Source of the DNA: Alphaproteobacteria bacterium
Lineage (GTDB): Bacteria; Pseudomonadota; Alphaproteobacteria; JAPOUT01; G958296285
DNA length: 64,000 nucleotides
Assembly: GCA_965209065.1 (NCBI GenBank)
Contig: OZ242373.1
Coordinates: 320,567-384,566 of the forward strand
Direction: 5' to 3'
The first letter of the stretch is position 1, and each line of letters starts with the position of its first letter. Shown in pieces: positions 19,693 to 28,689 of this stretch. Below the pieces are notes generated by a model that saw only the letters and a program-made list of their open reading frames with translations, made no database searches and was not told where the DNA came from. Position numbers and translations under genes: made by a program.

Positions 19693-21039
19693 CTATTTTA
19701 TAGCACTTAAACCGGCTTGTAAATCATTAACCGATTGAACCACGTAGCAGCGCGGCAAGAGCTTCGTTTCTTGCGGGCTAAAAACTTGAGTCCAACCGAG
19801 CTTTTTTGCTTCTTTGAGCCTCGCCTCGCTACGCGCGGCGGCGCGCACCGCACCCGAAAGGCTGATTTCGCCAAAGAAAACCGATTTTTTATCCCAGGCC
19901 TTGTTGAGCAAGGCGGAGGTGAGGGCGGCGGCAATCGCGAGGTCGGCGGCGGGGTCGGTGATTCGCAAGCCGCCAGCGACATTGAGATAAACATCTTGTC
20001 CCGAAAAGTTCAGCCCGGCGCGCGCTTCTAGCACCGCGAGGAGCATGGACAAACGCGCAGGCTCACACCCCACGACCGCGCGCCGCGCTTGGCCGTAATG
20101 GCTCGGTGTCGTCAGGGCTTGGATTTCCACCAACAAAGGACGTGTCCCCTCAATCGCCGCGAACACCGCCGCGCCGCTCATTTCGGCTTCGCCTTCGCCC
20201 AAAAATAAAGACGAGGGATTTAGAATAGGCGTAAGACCCGCGCGCGCCATTTCAAACACGCCGATTTCGTCTGCCGCGCCGTAGCGGTTTTTATTGACGC
20301 GCAAAATACGAAACTGATGATTGGCACTTCCTTCAAACTGCATCACGACATCTACCATGTGCGCGATAACATTGGGTCCTGCTATCTGTCCGTCTTTTGT
20401 AGAATGCCCGATAAGCAAGACGGCGGCACCGGTCTGCTTGGCGAAATGCACGAGCGCTTGCGTGCTCGCGCGTAATTGCGTTATCGTTCCCGCGACGCCA
20501 TCAACCTCATCGAGCCACATCGTTTGAACGGAATCGATTATCACCACGTCAGGTTTAAGCGTGGCAAAGGCGGCGAGAATTTTGTTCAAGTTGGTTTCCG
20601 TGAGTAAAGCGAGTTCGCTTTCGCTGACGTCTAGGCGTTGGGCGCGAATTCTTATTTGCTCGGCAGCTTCCTCGCCTGAGACATAAGCCACCGAGTAATT
20701 TTTCGCCAAAGCGGTGGCGGCTTGTAAGGTTAAGGTGCTTTTGCCGATGCCCGGCTCTCCGCCGAGCAGAATGGCAGAGCCTGCCACGATGCCTCCGCCT
20801 AAGGTGCGGTCGAGTTCGCTGATGTTTGTTTGGCGGCGTCCTATCGGGGGGCTGTTCTTGTCGCGCGCTAGGCTTTCTATCGGCGCGGGTGTCACTTTTC
20901 TATTTTTATGAATGGGGGATACATTGCTTTCTTCGTTCAAGCTATTCCACGCGCCGCAGTCATCGCAGCGCCCCGACCACTTGAAAGAGCGCACCCCGCA
21001 CGCTTGGCAAACATAAGCAGGTTTTGCTGCTCTAGACAT
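19693..21039 (-). CDS. radA: DNA repair protein RadA/Sms
   Basis: N-terminal C4 zinc finger (CQACG...CDDCG), RecA-like ATPase (GEPGIGKST) and Lon-protease-like C-domain. Confidence 0.9.
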   Translation of the reverse strand: MSRAAKPAYVCQACGVRSFKWSGRCDDCGAWNSLNEESNVSPIHKNRKVTPAPIESLARDKNSPPIGRRQTNISELDRTLGGGIVAGSAILLGGEPGIGKSTLTLQAATALAKNYSVAYVSGEEAAEQIRIRAQRLDVSESELALLTETNLNKILAAFATLKPDVVIIDSVQTMWLDEVDGVAGTITQLRASTQALVHFAKQTGAAVLLIGHSTKDGQIAGPNVIAHMVDVVMQFEGSANHQFRILRVNKNRYGAADEIGVFEMARAGLTPILNPSSLFLGEGEAEMSGAAVFAAIEGTRPLLVEIQALTTPSHYGQARRAVVGCEPARLSMLLAVLEARAGLNFSGQDVYLNVAGGLRITDPAADLAIAAALTSALLNKAWDKKSVFFGEISLSGAVRAAARSEARLKEAKKLGWTQVFSPQETKLLPRCYVVQSVNDLQAGLSAIK

Positions 21040-21775
21040 TTTTTATTGGTCCCTCAGCCCGACCATTAATAAATTGCTCGACATAAGGCGAGCCGCTATT
21101 ATCAATTTCGCTCGCCTTCCCGCGCCAGATAATTTTCCCTTGATAAATCATTGCGATGTTATCAGCAATTTTTCGCGCCGAAGGCATATCGTGGGTGATA
21201 GACAGAATGGTCGTGCCCAAATCACGGCAGGTGGAGACGATTAAGTCATTTATCGCGTCTGCGGTAATCGGATCGAGCCCGGTGGTCGGCTCGTCAAAGA
21301 GTATCAGGTTAGGGTCGCTGGCAATCGCGCGCGCAAGCCCGACCCGTTTTTGCATTCCACCCGACAGCTCTATAGGTCTTAATGCCGCCGTGTGCTCGTC
21401 TAAACCGACACGCTCTAGTTTTTCCAAAGCAATTTTCCGCGCCTCCACACGCGCCATCTTGTTTTTATAAATCAGACCAAAAGCAACATTCTCCCACACA
21501 CTCAAGCTATCAAACAAGGCAGAGTTCTGAAACAACATACCGATATTTTCGCGCTCCATCGGCGAGATATGAGTCATATCCTTTCCGTCAATCATAACAG
21601 TGCCGCTGTCTGGCTCTGTTAAACCCAAAATACAACGCAGCATCACCGATTTCCCTGTGCCAGAGCCGCCAATCACAACGAGACTCTCACCGACCGCTAA
21701 AGTCAAATCCAAGCCTTGCAGAACCTTCTTGTCGCCAAAGGCTTTATAGATATTTTGTAAAACAATTTTATCCAT
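21032..21775 (-). CDS. mlaF: ABC transporter ATP-binding protein, MlaF-like
   Basis: Walker A GGSGTGKS, the ABC signature LSGGMQKR, and an adjacent MlaE permease. Confidence 0.8.
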   Translation of the reverse strand: MDKIVLQNIYKAFGDKKVLQGLDLTLAVGESLVVIGGSGTGKSVMLRCILGLTEPDSGTVMIDGKDMTHISPMERENIGMLFQNSALFDSLSVWENVAFGLIYKNKMARVEARKIALEKLERVGLDEHTAALRPIELSGGMQKRVGLARAIASDPNLILFDEPTTGLDPITADAINDLIVSTCRDLGTTILSITHDMPSARKIADNIAMIYQGKIIWRGKASEIDNSGSPYVEQFINGRAEGPIKNV

Positions 21776-21776
21776 C

Positions 21777-22571
21777 TTATCCCGAAAAGAAAACCGAAGT
21801 TAAAACATAATTCATCGAAAGAATGAGGATAGAAGAAAAAACAACTGCGTTAGTCGCTGCGCGTCCAACGCCTTGCGCGCCGCCTTGACTATAAAAACCT
21901 TGAAACGAACCAATGAGCGCAATAATCGCACCAAAAACAGCAGTCTTAATCATACCCGAGCGAATAACCTCAAGGGTGATGAAGTCCCAGCTCTCTTTGA
22001 TAAAGATACCCTCATTAAACCCAAGCGCTTGCGTGCTCACGATAAAGCCGCCCAATATCCCAATCGTATCGGCAACCAGCAGCAAAATCGGCAGCGCGAT
22101 AGTCGCGGCAAGCAAGCGCGGCACCACAAGATATTTATAGGGGTTGGTCGAAAGCGTTATCAAAGCATCAATTTGTTGCGTGACTCTCATCGAGCCGATT
22201 TCGGCAGCAATCGCCGCGGCGATGCGCCCCGCCACCATCAAGCCGGTTAGCACAGGACCCAACTCACGCGTGATGCCAATCACAACAACCCGCGCGATAA
22301 TTAGCTCAGAGTTGAAACCATCATTGCCATAGTAAATTTGCAAGGCAAACACCGCGCCGGTGAAAAACAAAGTCAGCGCAATCACCGGCAAGGAGTAATA
22401 ACCTATCTTCATCACTTGGTCGATAAAGGAGCGCCAGAAAAATGGCGGCGAAAACAAATGCCGAAAGCTCAAGGCAGTGAAAAGGGTAAAGCGTCCGGCG
22501 TGCAAAGAGGCACGCAGAACAACAGCACCGATAGAGGTTAGAAAACTTAATGGAATCGCAGTTATGTTCAT
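21777..22571 (-). CDS. mlaE: ABC transporter permease, MlaE family
   Basis: 264 aa polytopic permease upstream of mlaF. Confidence 0.8.
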   Translation of the reverse strand: MNITAIPLSFLTSIGAVVLRASLHAGRFTLFTALSFRHLFSPPFFWRSFIDQVMKIGYYSLPVIALTLFFTGAVFALQIYYGNDGFNSELIIARVVVIGITRELGPVLTGLMVAGRIAAAIAAEIGSMRVTQQIDALITLSTNPYKYLVVPRLLAATIALPILLLVADTIGILGGFIVSTQALGFNEGIFIKESWDFITLEVIRSGMIKTAVFGAIIALIGSFQGFYSQGGAQGVGRAATNAVVFSSILILSMNYVLTSVFFSG

Positions 22572-22602
22572 ATTTCGGCTAATATAGCAGATTATTCGCA
22601 GA

Positions 22603-23649
22603 TTATTCTTTGTAATGTCGGGGGTTGCGCCTGCCGCTGTCTAGCTCTGTGAGAATATTGTGCGGAATTGTGCCTGCGCGCCTAGCAAGCGCGTTGATGG
22701 TTATATTTTCGCCTAAAAACTCCGCCATTGTGCCCACGGCTAGGGGTTGAGGCGAATCAGTGATATCCACCGCGAGCATATCCATAGACACACGCCCGAC
22801 AAGCGGATAGGGCTTGCCCTCGATGAAGGCGGTAGCGTTTTTCACATTGCGCGGGTAGCCATCGGCATAGCCGAGCGCGATGACCGCAATCGTGGAAGGG
22901 CGTTGGGCTTGCCAGTCGCCGCCATAGCCCACGCGCGCGCCGACCGCAAGCTCTTTTATTTGCCCTATCGGCGCGGCGAGCGAAACCACAGGCAGAAATT
23001 TTTCTTCTTTATCCTCTAGAGGGTTGCCGCCATAAAGGGCAACGCCTGCGCGGGTCATTTGGAATTGAAAGGCATCGCCCAAAAACAAACCCGCGCTGTT
23101 GGACACACTTTTAGGAACATCATATTTTTCTACCGCTTTTATGAAAAGGTTTAGCTGCTCTTGATTGCTAGGGTTGCGGGGTCTGTCTGCGCTACTTAAA
23201 TGAGTCATCAGCAGGGCGGGGGTGAAACCTAAATCGCATGCGGTGAAGTCGCGCACGGAAATGCCTAGCCGATGAATTCCGGTATCAATATGAACTGCCG
23301 CCTTGCCTTGCGGAAAAGTTTTGCGCCAGCGCATCATCTCTTCTGGGCTAGAAAGACAAGGGCGCAAATTATATTCGCTAAAAGCAGATAGAGGTTCAGC
23401 GAGTCCATTAAAAACGTAAATGGTTTGCGCGCTCAATAAAGCGCGTAGTTTAATGGCTTCATCAAGGGTGGCAACAAAAAAAGTGTTCGCGCCTGCTTTG
23501 ACAAGCGCGGGCGCAATTCTCTCTACCCCAAGTCCATAAGCGTTTGCCTTTACCACACAAGCGGCTTCTGCCACGCCGCTGAGTTTTTGAACACGGCGAT
23601 AGTTTTCTGCTAAAGCCGCTAAATTAATTGTGAGTCCAAGCTCATTCAC
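22603..23649 (-). CDS. alr: alanine racemase
   Basis: PLP site VVKANAYGLG. The longest ORF (to 23751) would overlap the dnaB 3' end by 110 nt. A GTG at 23649 gives a normal-length protein 4 nt after the dnaB stop. Confidence 0.8.
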   Translation of the reverse strand: MNELGLTINLAALAENYRRVQKLSGVAEAACVVKANAYGLGVERIAPALVKAGANTFFVATLDEAIKLRALLSAQTIYVFNGLAEPLSAFSEYNLRPCLSSPEEMMRWRKTFPQGKAAVHIDTGIHRLGISVRDFTACDLGFTPALLMTHLSSADRPRNPSNQEQLNLFIKAVEKYDVPKSVSNSAGLFLGDAFQFQMTRAGVALYGGNPLEDKEEKFLPVVSLAAPIGQIKELAVGARVGYGGDWQAQRPSTIAVIALGYADGYPRNVKNATAFIEGKPYPLVGRVSMDMLAVDITDSPQPLAVGTMAEFLGENITINALARRAGTIPHNILTELDSGRRNPRHYKE

Positions 23650-25180
23650 GGAACTCGGCGGTATGTATTGGTGATAAGTCAGAGAAGCGCATATAACGAT
23701 GGTCAAAATGTAAATCAACGATGCCTGTGGGTCCGTGCCGATGTTTGCCAATAATCACTTCAGCCTTATCGGTTACATGCTCCATTGCTTCTTGCCATTT
23801 GAAGAACTCTTCGCTTTCTTCATCTTGGGGTTTTTCTTGTCGTTTGTAATACTCCTCGCGGAATAGAAAGAGGACGATGTCGGCGTCTTGCTCGATGGAG
23901 CCGGATTCGCGCAAGTCGGCGAGGTGCGGGCGTTTATCATCGCGCTGCTCGGTCTGGCGCGAAAGCTGCGAGAGGGCGATAACCGGAATGTTTAAATCTT
24001 TCGCCAGCGCCTTGAGCCCTTGCGTTATTTGGCTCACTTCTTGAACGCGGTGGGCGATGTTTCGGTAGCTACTGCCGGTGGTAACAAGCTGGAGGTAATC
24101 AACCACGACCAACCCTAGCCCGCGTTGTCGCTTGAGCCTTCGCGCGCGCGCGGCAAGCGTCGGCATGGAAATCGCGCCCGTGTGGTCTATGTAAAGAGGC
24201 ATTTGCTTTAGCTCATTAGAGGCGATGTTTAGATTTTCTAAATCCTCTCTGTGTAAGCCGCCTTGCTGTATCGTGTGCGATGGCACTTGCGCTCTATCGG
24301 CAAGGATACGCATTGAAAGCTGCTCGGCTGCCATCTCCAAAGAGAAAAAGCCAACCACCGACCCCTTGCCACCCGCGCTCTCTTCATTTTCCGCCTTGAA
24401 TTTACGCGCGATATTAACAGCGATGTTTGTCGCGAAGGCAGTTTTACCCATCGCCGGTCTGCCGGCAATTATGATGAGGTCGGAAGCGCGCAAGGTGCCT
24501 AACTTCTCATCTAAATCTCTAAAGCCGGTGGAAAGCCCGGTCGTCTGCCCTTTAGAAGATAGCTCGTAAGCGGTTGTCGCGGTTTCCATCGCGCCCTCTA
24601 ATGTTTGGGCAAAGCTTTGCATGCCTTCTTCATAGCTGCCGTGCTCGGCGATGTCATAAAGCGCGCTTTCGGCTTGTTCTATTTGTTGTGTGGGTGTGTT
24701 ATCAATGTCGTGGGTTATCGCGCGGTTATAAACCTCTTGCCCCAATTTCATTAGCTCGCGGCGCTGGGCGTAGCTTTGGATAGCGCGCGCCCACGCAAGA
24801 CTATTGACTAAAGTGCTCGCCGCGCCTTCAAGCGACACAAGATAATGCGTGCCACCACGCTTTTTTATCTGCTCGTCGGTCTCAAAATAGGGACGGAGAG
24901 TTATCGCGGTTGCCGGCTCGTTGTTGTTGATGAGGCTGCTAATAATCTCAAAAATTTTGCTATGGAGCGGGTCGTAAAAATGTAGAGGCTTTAGAAAATC
25001 GCTTACGTGGTCGTAAAGCGTGTTATTGACCATCAAGGCACCTAATAAACCTTGCTCTATCTCGAAGTCGTAAGTGCTGGTGGTTTCTGTTGGTTCGGAC
25101 GAAGCCCCTTCATGCTGAAAGGACTCTCGGGGAAGATTCTCCTTAGGGTTTTTAAGTGGTGTGATGTTGGTTTTAGACAC
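23642..25180 (-). CDS. dnaB: replicative DNA helicase
   Basis: 512 aa with DnaB N-terminal domain and RecA-like C-domain (GRPAMGKTAFA, the arginine-finger region). Confidence 0.9.
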   Translation of the reverse strand: MSKTNITPLKNPKENLPRESFQHEGASSEPTETTSTYDFEIEQGLLGALMVNNTLYDHVSDFLKPLHFYDPLHSKIFEIISSLINNNEPATAITLRPYFETDEQIKKRGGTHYLVSLEGAASTLVNSLAWARAIQSYAQRRELMKLGQEVYNRAITHDIDNTPTQQIEQAESALYDIAEHGSYEEGMQSFAQTLEGAMETATTAYELSSKGQTTGLSTGFRDLDEKLGTLRASDLIIIAGRPAMGKTAFATNIAVNIARKFKAENEESAGGKGSVVGFFSLEMAAEQLSMRILADRAQVPSHTIQQGGLHREDLENLNIASNELKQMPLYIDHTGAISMPTLAARARRLKRQRGLGLVVVDYLQLVTTGSSYRNIAHRVQEVSQITQGLKALAKDLNIPVIALSQLSRQTEQRDDKRPHLADLRESGSIEQDADIVLFLFREEYYKRQEKPQDEESEEFFKWQEAMEHVTDKAEVIIGKHRHGPTGIVDLHFDHRYMRFSDLSPIHTAEFRE

Positions 25181-25223
25181 GTTCGCTACTCCCGCTTGTT
25201 ATAGCTAGAATAGGTAATTTAAT

Positions 25224-25940
25224 CTATTCATTGGACTTTGTGTTAGAAGAATTTAAGTTATCCCCATTATTCACAGCAGGAGCTGTTTCAATTTCCCCCT
25301 CAATTTCCCCCTCAATTTTTTTGGCAGCAGGGGCGGGTGCTTCGGGCGGGGCTTCGGGCTCTTGGTTTTCTTCCTCAATTTGTTGTGCCATTTCGGTTGG
25401 CGCAGCGCCTTCGTCAAACAGGTTCTCGGCGGCTTTGTTTAACTCCTCCGCTTGCTCCTCTGCCGAGAGGGCGGCGAGCTGTCCTGCGGCGTCCTCCTCA
25501 CTGCGCGCCACATTGAGCTGAACTTTCGCCACCACTTCGGGGTGAAGGCGAACCCGCGCCTCGTGGATGCCGAGCGTTTTTATCACATTGCTAATCATCA
25601 CTTGCGAGCGTTGGATAGGGCAATCGACTTCGGCTAAGGCGGAAACAATATCCTGCGCCTTCACCGAGCCGTAAAGTTGTCCGGTTTCACTCGCTTGCCG
25701 AATGAGAGTCCACGTCTTGTCATTCACTTTCTCGTGTTGAGATTGCGCAATCACAAGGGCGTCGGCATTTTGCTTTTCAAATTTTTCGCGCTCGGCTTCA
25801 AAGAAAGCGCGCGCTTCTTTGGTTGCGCGTAGAGCCTTCTTGTTCGGCAAAAGAAAATTGCGCGCGAAACCATCTTTGACACGAACGCTATCACCAATTT
25901 TGCCAAGTTTCTCAATGCGCTCTAGTAGAATGACTTCCAT
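25224..25940 (-). CDS. rplI: 50S ribosomal protein L9 with a roughly 90-aa acidic C-terminal extension
   Basis: The N-terminus [32 protein letters not shown] is canonical L9. The tail contains KKIEGEIEGEIE. Confidence 0.85.
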   Translation of the reverse strand: MEVILLERIEKLGKIGDSVRVKDGFARNFLLPNKKALRATKEARAFFEAEREKFEKQNADALVIAQSQHEKVNDKTWTLIRQASETGQLYGSVKAQDIVSALAEVDCPIQRSQVMISNVIKTLGIHEARVRLHPEVVAKVQLNVARSEEDAAGQLAALSAEEQAEELNKAAENLFDEGAAPTEMAQQIEEENQEPEAPPEAPAPAAKKIEGEIEGEIETAPAVNNGDNLNSSNTKSNE

Positions 25941-26419
25941 TAGGTTTTTTCTCCCTCACGAGTTTCATCTTCAAAAGGAACAGGCTCTGGAGCAGTCTCG
26001 ACTGGTGCAGGTTCAGCTGGCGCAGGTTCAGCTGGAGCAGACTCGACTGGAACAGCCTCGGCTGGGGCAGCATCGGCTGGTGCAGCCTCGACTGGAACAG
26101 CCTCGGCTGGCACAAACCCTTCGCTACGCGGCTTGGGAGGTTTATCCTCACGCAGATAGGGCATTAAAGCCAAAAAGCGCGAGCGTTTTATCTCACGCGC
26201 CAAGACTCTTTGCTTCTTTTGTGAAACGAGAGTAATACGGCTCGGCGTCATTTTGCCTTGCTCGGAAACGAAACGCTCAAGCAAACGCGCATCTTTGTAA
26301 TCAATTTTAGGCGCGCCCTCACCAGAGAAGGGGCAGTTCTTATTCTTGTCGTGCTTCAAAGGCATCTGGTTTAAGGCAATGAGTTTGCCCTTACCGAGTT
26401 TTCTTCTTTTTTTACGCAT
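25940..26419 (-). CDS. rpsR: 30S ribosomal protein S18 with a Pro/Ala/Glu-rich repeat C-terminal extension
   Basis: The S18 core ([51 protein letters not shown]) is followed by [43 protein letters not shown]. Confidence 0.85.
   Translation of the reverse strand: MRKKRRKLGKGKLIALNQMPLKHDKNKNCPFSGEGAPKIDYKDARLLERFVSEQGKMTPSRITLVSQKKQRVLAREIKRSRFLALMPYLREDKPPKPRSEGFVPAEAVPVEAAPADAAPAEAVPVESAPAEPAPAEPAPVETAPEPVPFEDETREGEKT
25986..26120. repeat. imperfect 15-bp tandem repeat (about 9 units) encoding the S18 PAEAV-type tail
   Basis: gcaggttcagctgg / agcagactcgactgg / aacagcctcggctgg units are visible by eye. Confidence 0.7.
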
Positions 26420-26867
26420 CGCTTTTACCTTCTTCTTGCTTTGGTTCTGGTGCCTGCTCTAGTGGAGGTTCTTCCTCTACAGGCGGAGCGCTATCGGCTT
26501 TATACTCGCCTTTTGGGGAGTCTTCGCTTTCACTGCTTTCTTTATCCTTGCGCTTCATTTGGATAGAGGGGTTTTCGTCAAGTTCATCGACCCGCAGGGT
26601 GAGAAAGCGCAAAATATCTTCGTGTAGCTTCATCTGGCGTTCCATTTCGCCGACATCGCTAGGGTTCGCGGTGATATTCATCAAGAGATAATGTCCCTTG
26701 TCGTTCTTTTTAATCGGGTAGGCGAGGTCTTTCAGCCCCCAGTATTCGGTCTTGCCGACAGAGCCGCCGCCTTTGGTCAGCGTAGCACCAAATTCCTCGG
26801 CAAGCGCTTGGGCGCGTTGCGAGGAAACTTCTGGGCGCACGATAAAAACATGCTCATAAAAGTTCAT
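26412..26867 (-). CDS. rpsF: 30S ribosomal protein S6 with an acidic C-terminal tail
   Basis: [15 protein letters not shown] is a canonical S6 start. It is the first gene of the rpsF-rpsR-rplI operon. Confidence 0.85.
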   Translation of the reverse strand: MNFYEHVFIVRPEVSSQRAQALAEEFGATLTKGGGSVGKTEYWGLKDLAYPIKKNDKGHYLLMNITANPSDVGEMERQMKLHEDILRFLTLRVDELDENPSIQMKRKDKESSESEDSPKGEYKADSAPPVEEEPPLEQAPEPKQEEGKSDA

Positions 26868-26927
26868 AGAGCCTCTTTTTGTGATAGTTTAGAGCTTATA
26901 GCACAATATAGCAGAAAGGGCGAGGAT

Positions 26928-27857
26928 ATGAAAGCATTTATTTTTCCCGGACAGGGCTCTCAGGCTTTGGGTATGGGGCGCGCGCTTGCCGAAGCCTACC
27001 CTGCCGCCCGCGAGGTGTTCGAGCAAGTAGATGACGCGCTCGGCGAGAAATTATCTAGCATTATGTGGGGGGAAGACGGCGAGAAATTAACCCTAACCGC
27101 CAACGCCCAGCCTGCTTTGATGGCGGTGAGCTGCGCGGTCGCGCGGGTGCTAGAGGCGGAGGGAAAGCCCCTCGCCGAGCTAGGAAAATTCGCCGCCGGG
27201 CACTCTTTGGGCGAGTATTCCGCGCTCATTGCGGTGGGCGCGCTCAAGCTGGACGATGGGGCAAAGCTCCTGCGCTTGCGCGGGGAGGCGATGCAGGAAG
27301 CCGTCCCTCTTGGTAAGGGCGCGATGGCGGCTTTGCTCGGGCTTGAGTTTGAGGCGGTTGCCGAATTTATGCAGAAAATCGAGGGTGCTACGATTGCCAA
27401 CGATAACGCCATCGGGCAAATTGTTATTAGCGGCACGAAAGAGGCGGTCGCGCAAGCCGTTGAGCTCGCCAAAGAAAAAGGCGCGAAGCGTGCGATGATG
27501 CTTGATGTTAGCGCGCCTTTTCACTGCCCCTTGATGAAGCCCGCCGCCGATAAAATGCAAGCCGCTCTCGCCGATATAAATTTCGCCGAGCCGCAACTGC
27601 CGATTGTGGAGAACATGCTCGCCGCGCCGACACAAGACAAGGAAGCCTTGCGCACGCTTCTTGTCGAGCAAATCACCGGGTGTGTGCGCTGGCGCGAATC
27701 TATCACTTTTATGGCAGCGGAGGGCGTCGCCGAATTTTACGAAATAGGCACGGGCAAAGTGCTAAGCGGAATGATAAAGCGTATCGTTAAAGAGGCAAGC
27801 GGGGTTAGTGTTGGTTCAAAAGAAGAAATTGAAAAATTTCTAACAGACAATAAATAA
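26928..27857 (+). CDS. fabD: malonyl CoA-ACP transacylase
   Basis: MKAFIFPGQGSQ and the GHSLGE active-site Ser. The true start is the internal ATG at 26928, not the upstream extension that overlaps rpsF. Confidence 0.9.
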   Translation: MKAFIFPGQGSQALGMGRALAEAYPAAREVFEQVDDALGEKLSSIMWGEDGEKLTLTANAQPALMAVSCAVARVLEAEGKPLAELGKFAAGHSLGEYSALIAVGALKLDDGAKLLRLRGEAMQEAVPLGKGAMAALLGLEFEAVAEFMQKIEGATIANDNAIGQIVISGTKEAVAQAVELAKEKGAKRAMMLDVSAPFHCPLMKPAADKMQAALADINFAEPQLPIVENMLAAPTQDKEALRTLLVEQITGCVRWRESITFMAAEGVAEFYEIGTGKVLSGMIKRIVKEASGVSVGSKEEIEKFLTDNK

Positions 27858-27870
27858 CAAAGGAGGCTTT

Positions 27871-28608
27871 ATGGCAAAACTAGAAAACAAACGCGCTTTA
27901 ATCACTGGCGCATCAGGCGGCATCGGGGCGGCGATTGCGCAGGCTTTACATAAAGAGGGCGCGGAAGTTGTCATCTCTGGCAGACGCGAGGACGCCCTGC
28001 AAGCGCTCGCGAAAATTTTAGGCGAACGATGCCACATCATCACCGCCGCTCTGGATAAACGCGAAGACCTCACCGCGCTCGCCAAAGAGGCTGAGAAAAC
28101 AATGGGCGCGGTCGATATTCTTATCAATAACGCTGGGCATACCAGCGATAACCTCGCGATTAGAATGAGCGATGAGGCATGGGATAGCGTGCTTGAAGTA
28201 GATTTAACCGCCGCCTTTTTATTGGCGCGCGCTTGCTTGCGCGGAATGATGAAACAACGCTGGGGACGCATCATCTCTATTACGTCTGTTGTTGCTGAAA
28301 TGGGAAATGCCGGTCAGGCGAACTATGCTGCCGCGAAAGCCGGCCTCACCGCGATGACGAAATCTCTCGCGCGCGAAATAGCCAATCGCGGTATCACTGT
28401 GAATGCTATCGCACCAGGTTTTATCAAAACCGCGATGACTGATGCGCTTAGCGAACAGCAACGCGCTACGCTTGCCGAGACCATTCCCGCCAGCCGCTTT
28501 GGCGAGCCGAATGACATCGCCGCCGCCGCACTTTTTCTCGCGAGTGATGATGCCGCTTATATCACCGGGCAAACGCTCCACGTGAATGGCGGTATGGTTA
28601 TGCCCTAA
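27871..28608 (+). CDS. fabG: 3-oxoacyl-ACP reductase
   Basis: ITGASGGIG, the catalytic YAAAKAG, and the position after fabD. Confidence 0.9.
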   Translation: MAKLENKRALITGASGGIGAAIAQALHKEGAEVVISGRREDALQALAKILGERCHIITAALDKREDLTALAKEAEKTMGAVDILINNAGHTSDNLAIRMSDEAWDSVLEVDLTAAFLLARACLRGMMKQRWGRIISITSVVAEMGNAGQANYAAAKAGLTAMTKSLAREIANRGITVNAIAPGFIKTAMTDALSEQQRATLAETIPASRFGEPNDIAAAALFLASDDAAYITGQTLHVNGGMVMP

Positions 28609-28617
28609 AGGAATCTT

Positions 28618-28689
28618 TTAACGCTGCGTGAGCTTGAACTCTTAACGCTGGGTGAGCTTGAACTCTTAACGCTGGGTGAGCTTGAACTC
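28618..28689. repeat. 3 x 24-bp perfect/near-perfect tandem repeat (ttaacgctg[c/g]gtgagcttgaactc)
   Basis: Seen directly. One copy encodes the last 7 codons plus the stop (EFKLTQR*) of the MotB-like gene. The other two copies lie in the fabG/MotB-like intergenic space. Confidence 0.85.

Noticed and set aside
26691-26927. An upstream extension of the fabD ORF (388 aa) runs antisense through the rpsF N-terminus.
   Set aside because: The conserved FabD N-terminus (MKAFIFPGQGSQ) begins at the internal ATG at 26928, preceded by a purine-rich RBS. The extension overlaps a highly conserved ribosomal protein gene on the other strand.
28618-28689. I considered whether the tandem repeat arrays (24-bp x3 here, 15-bp x9 in rpsR, hexamers in rne) could be CRISPR arrays.
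   Set aside because: They are contiguous repeats without spacers, lie within or abut coding sequence, and are far shorter than CRISPR repeat-spacer units. No cas genes are in the window.
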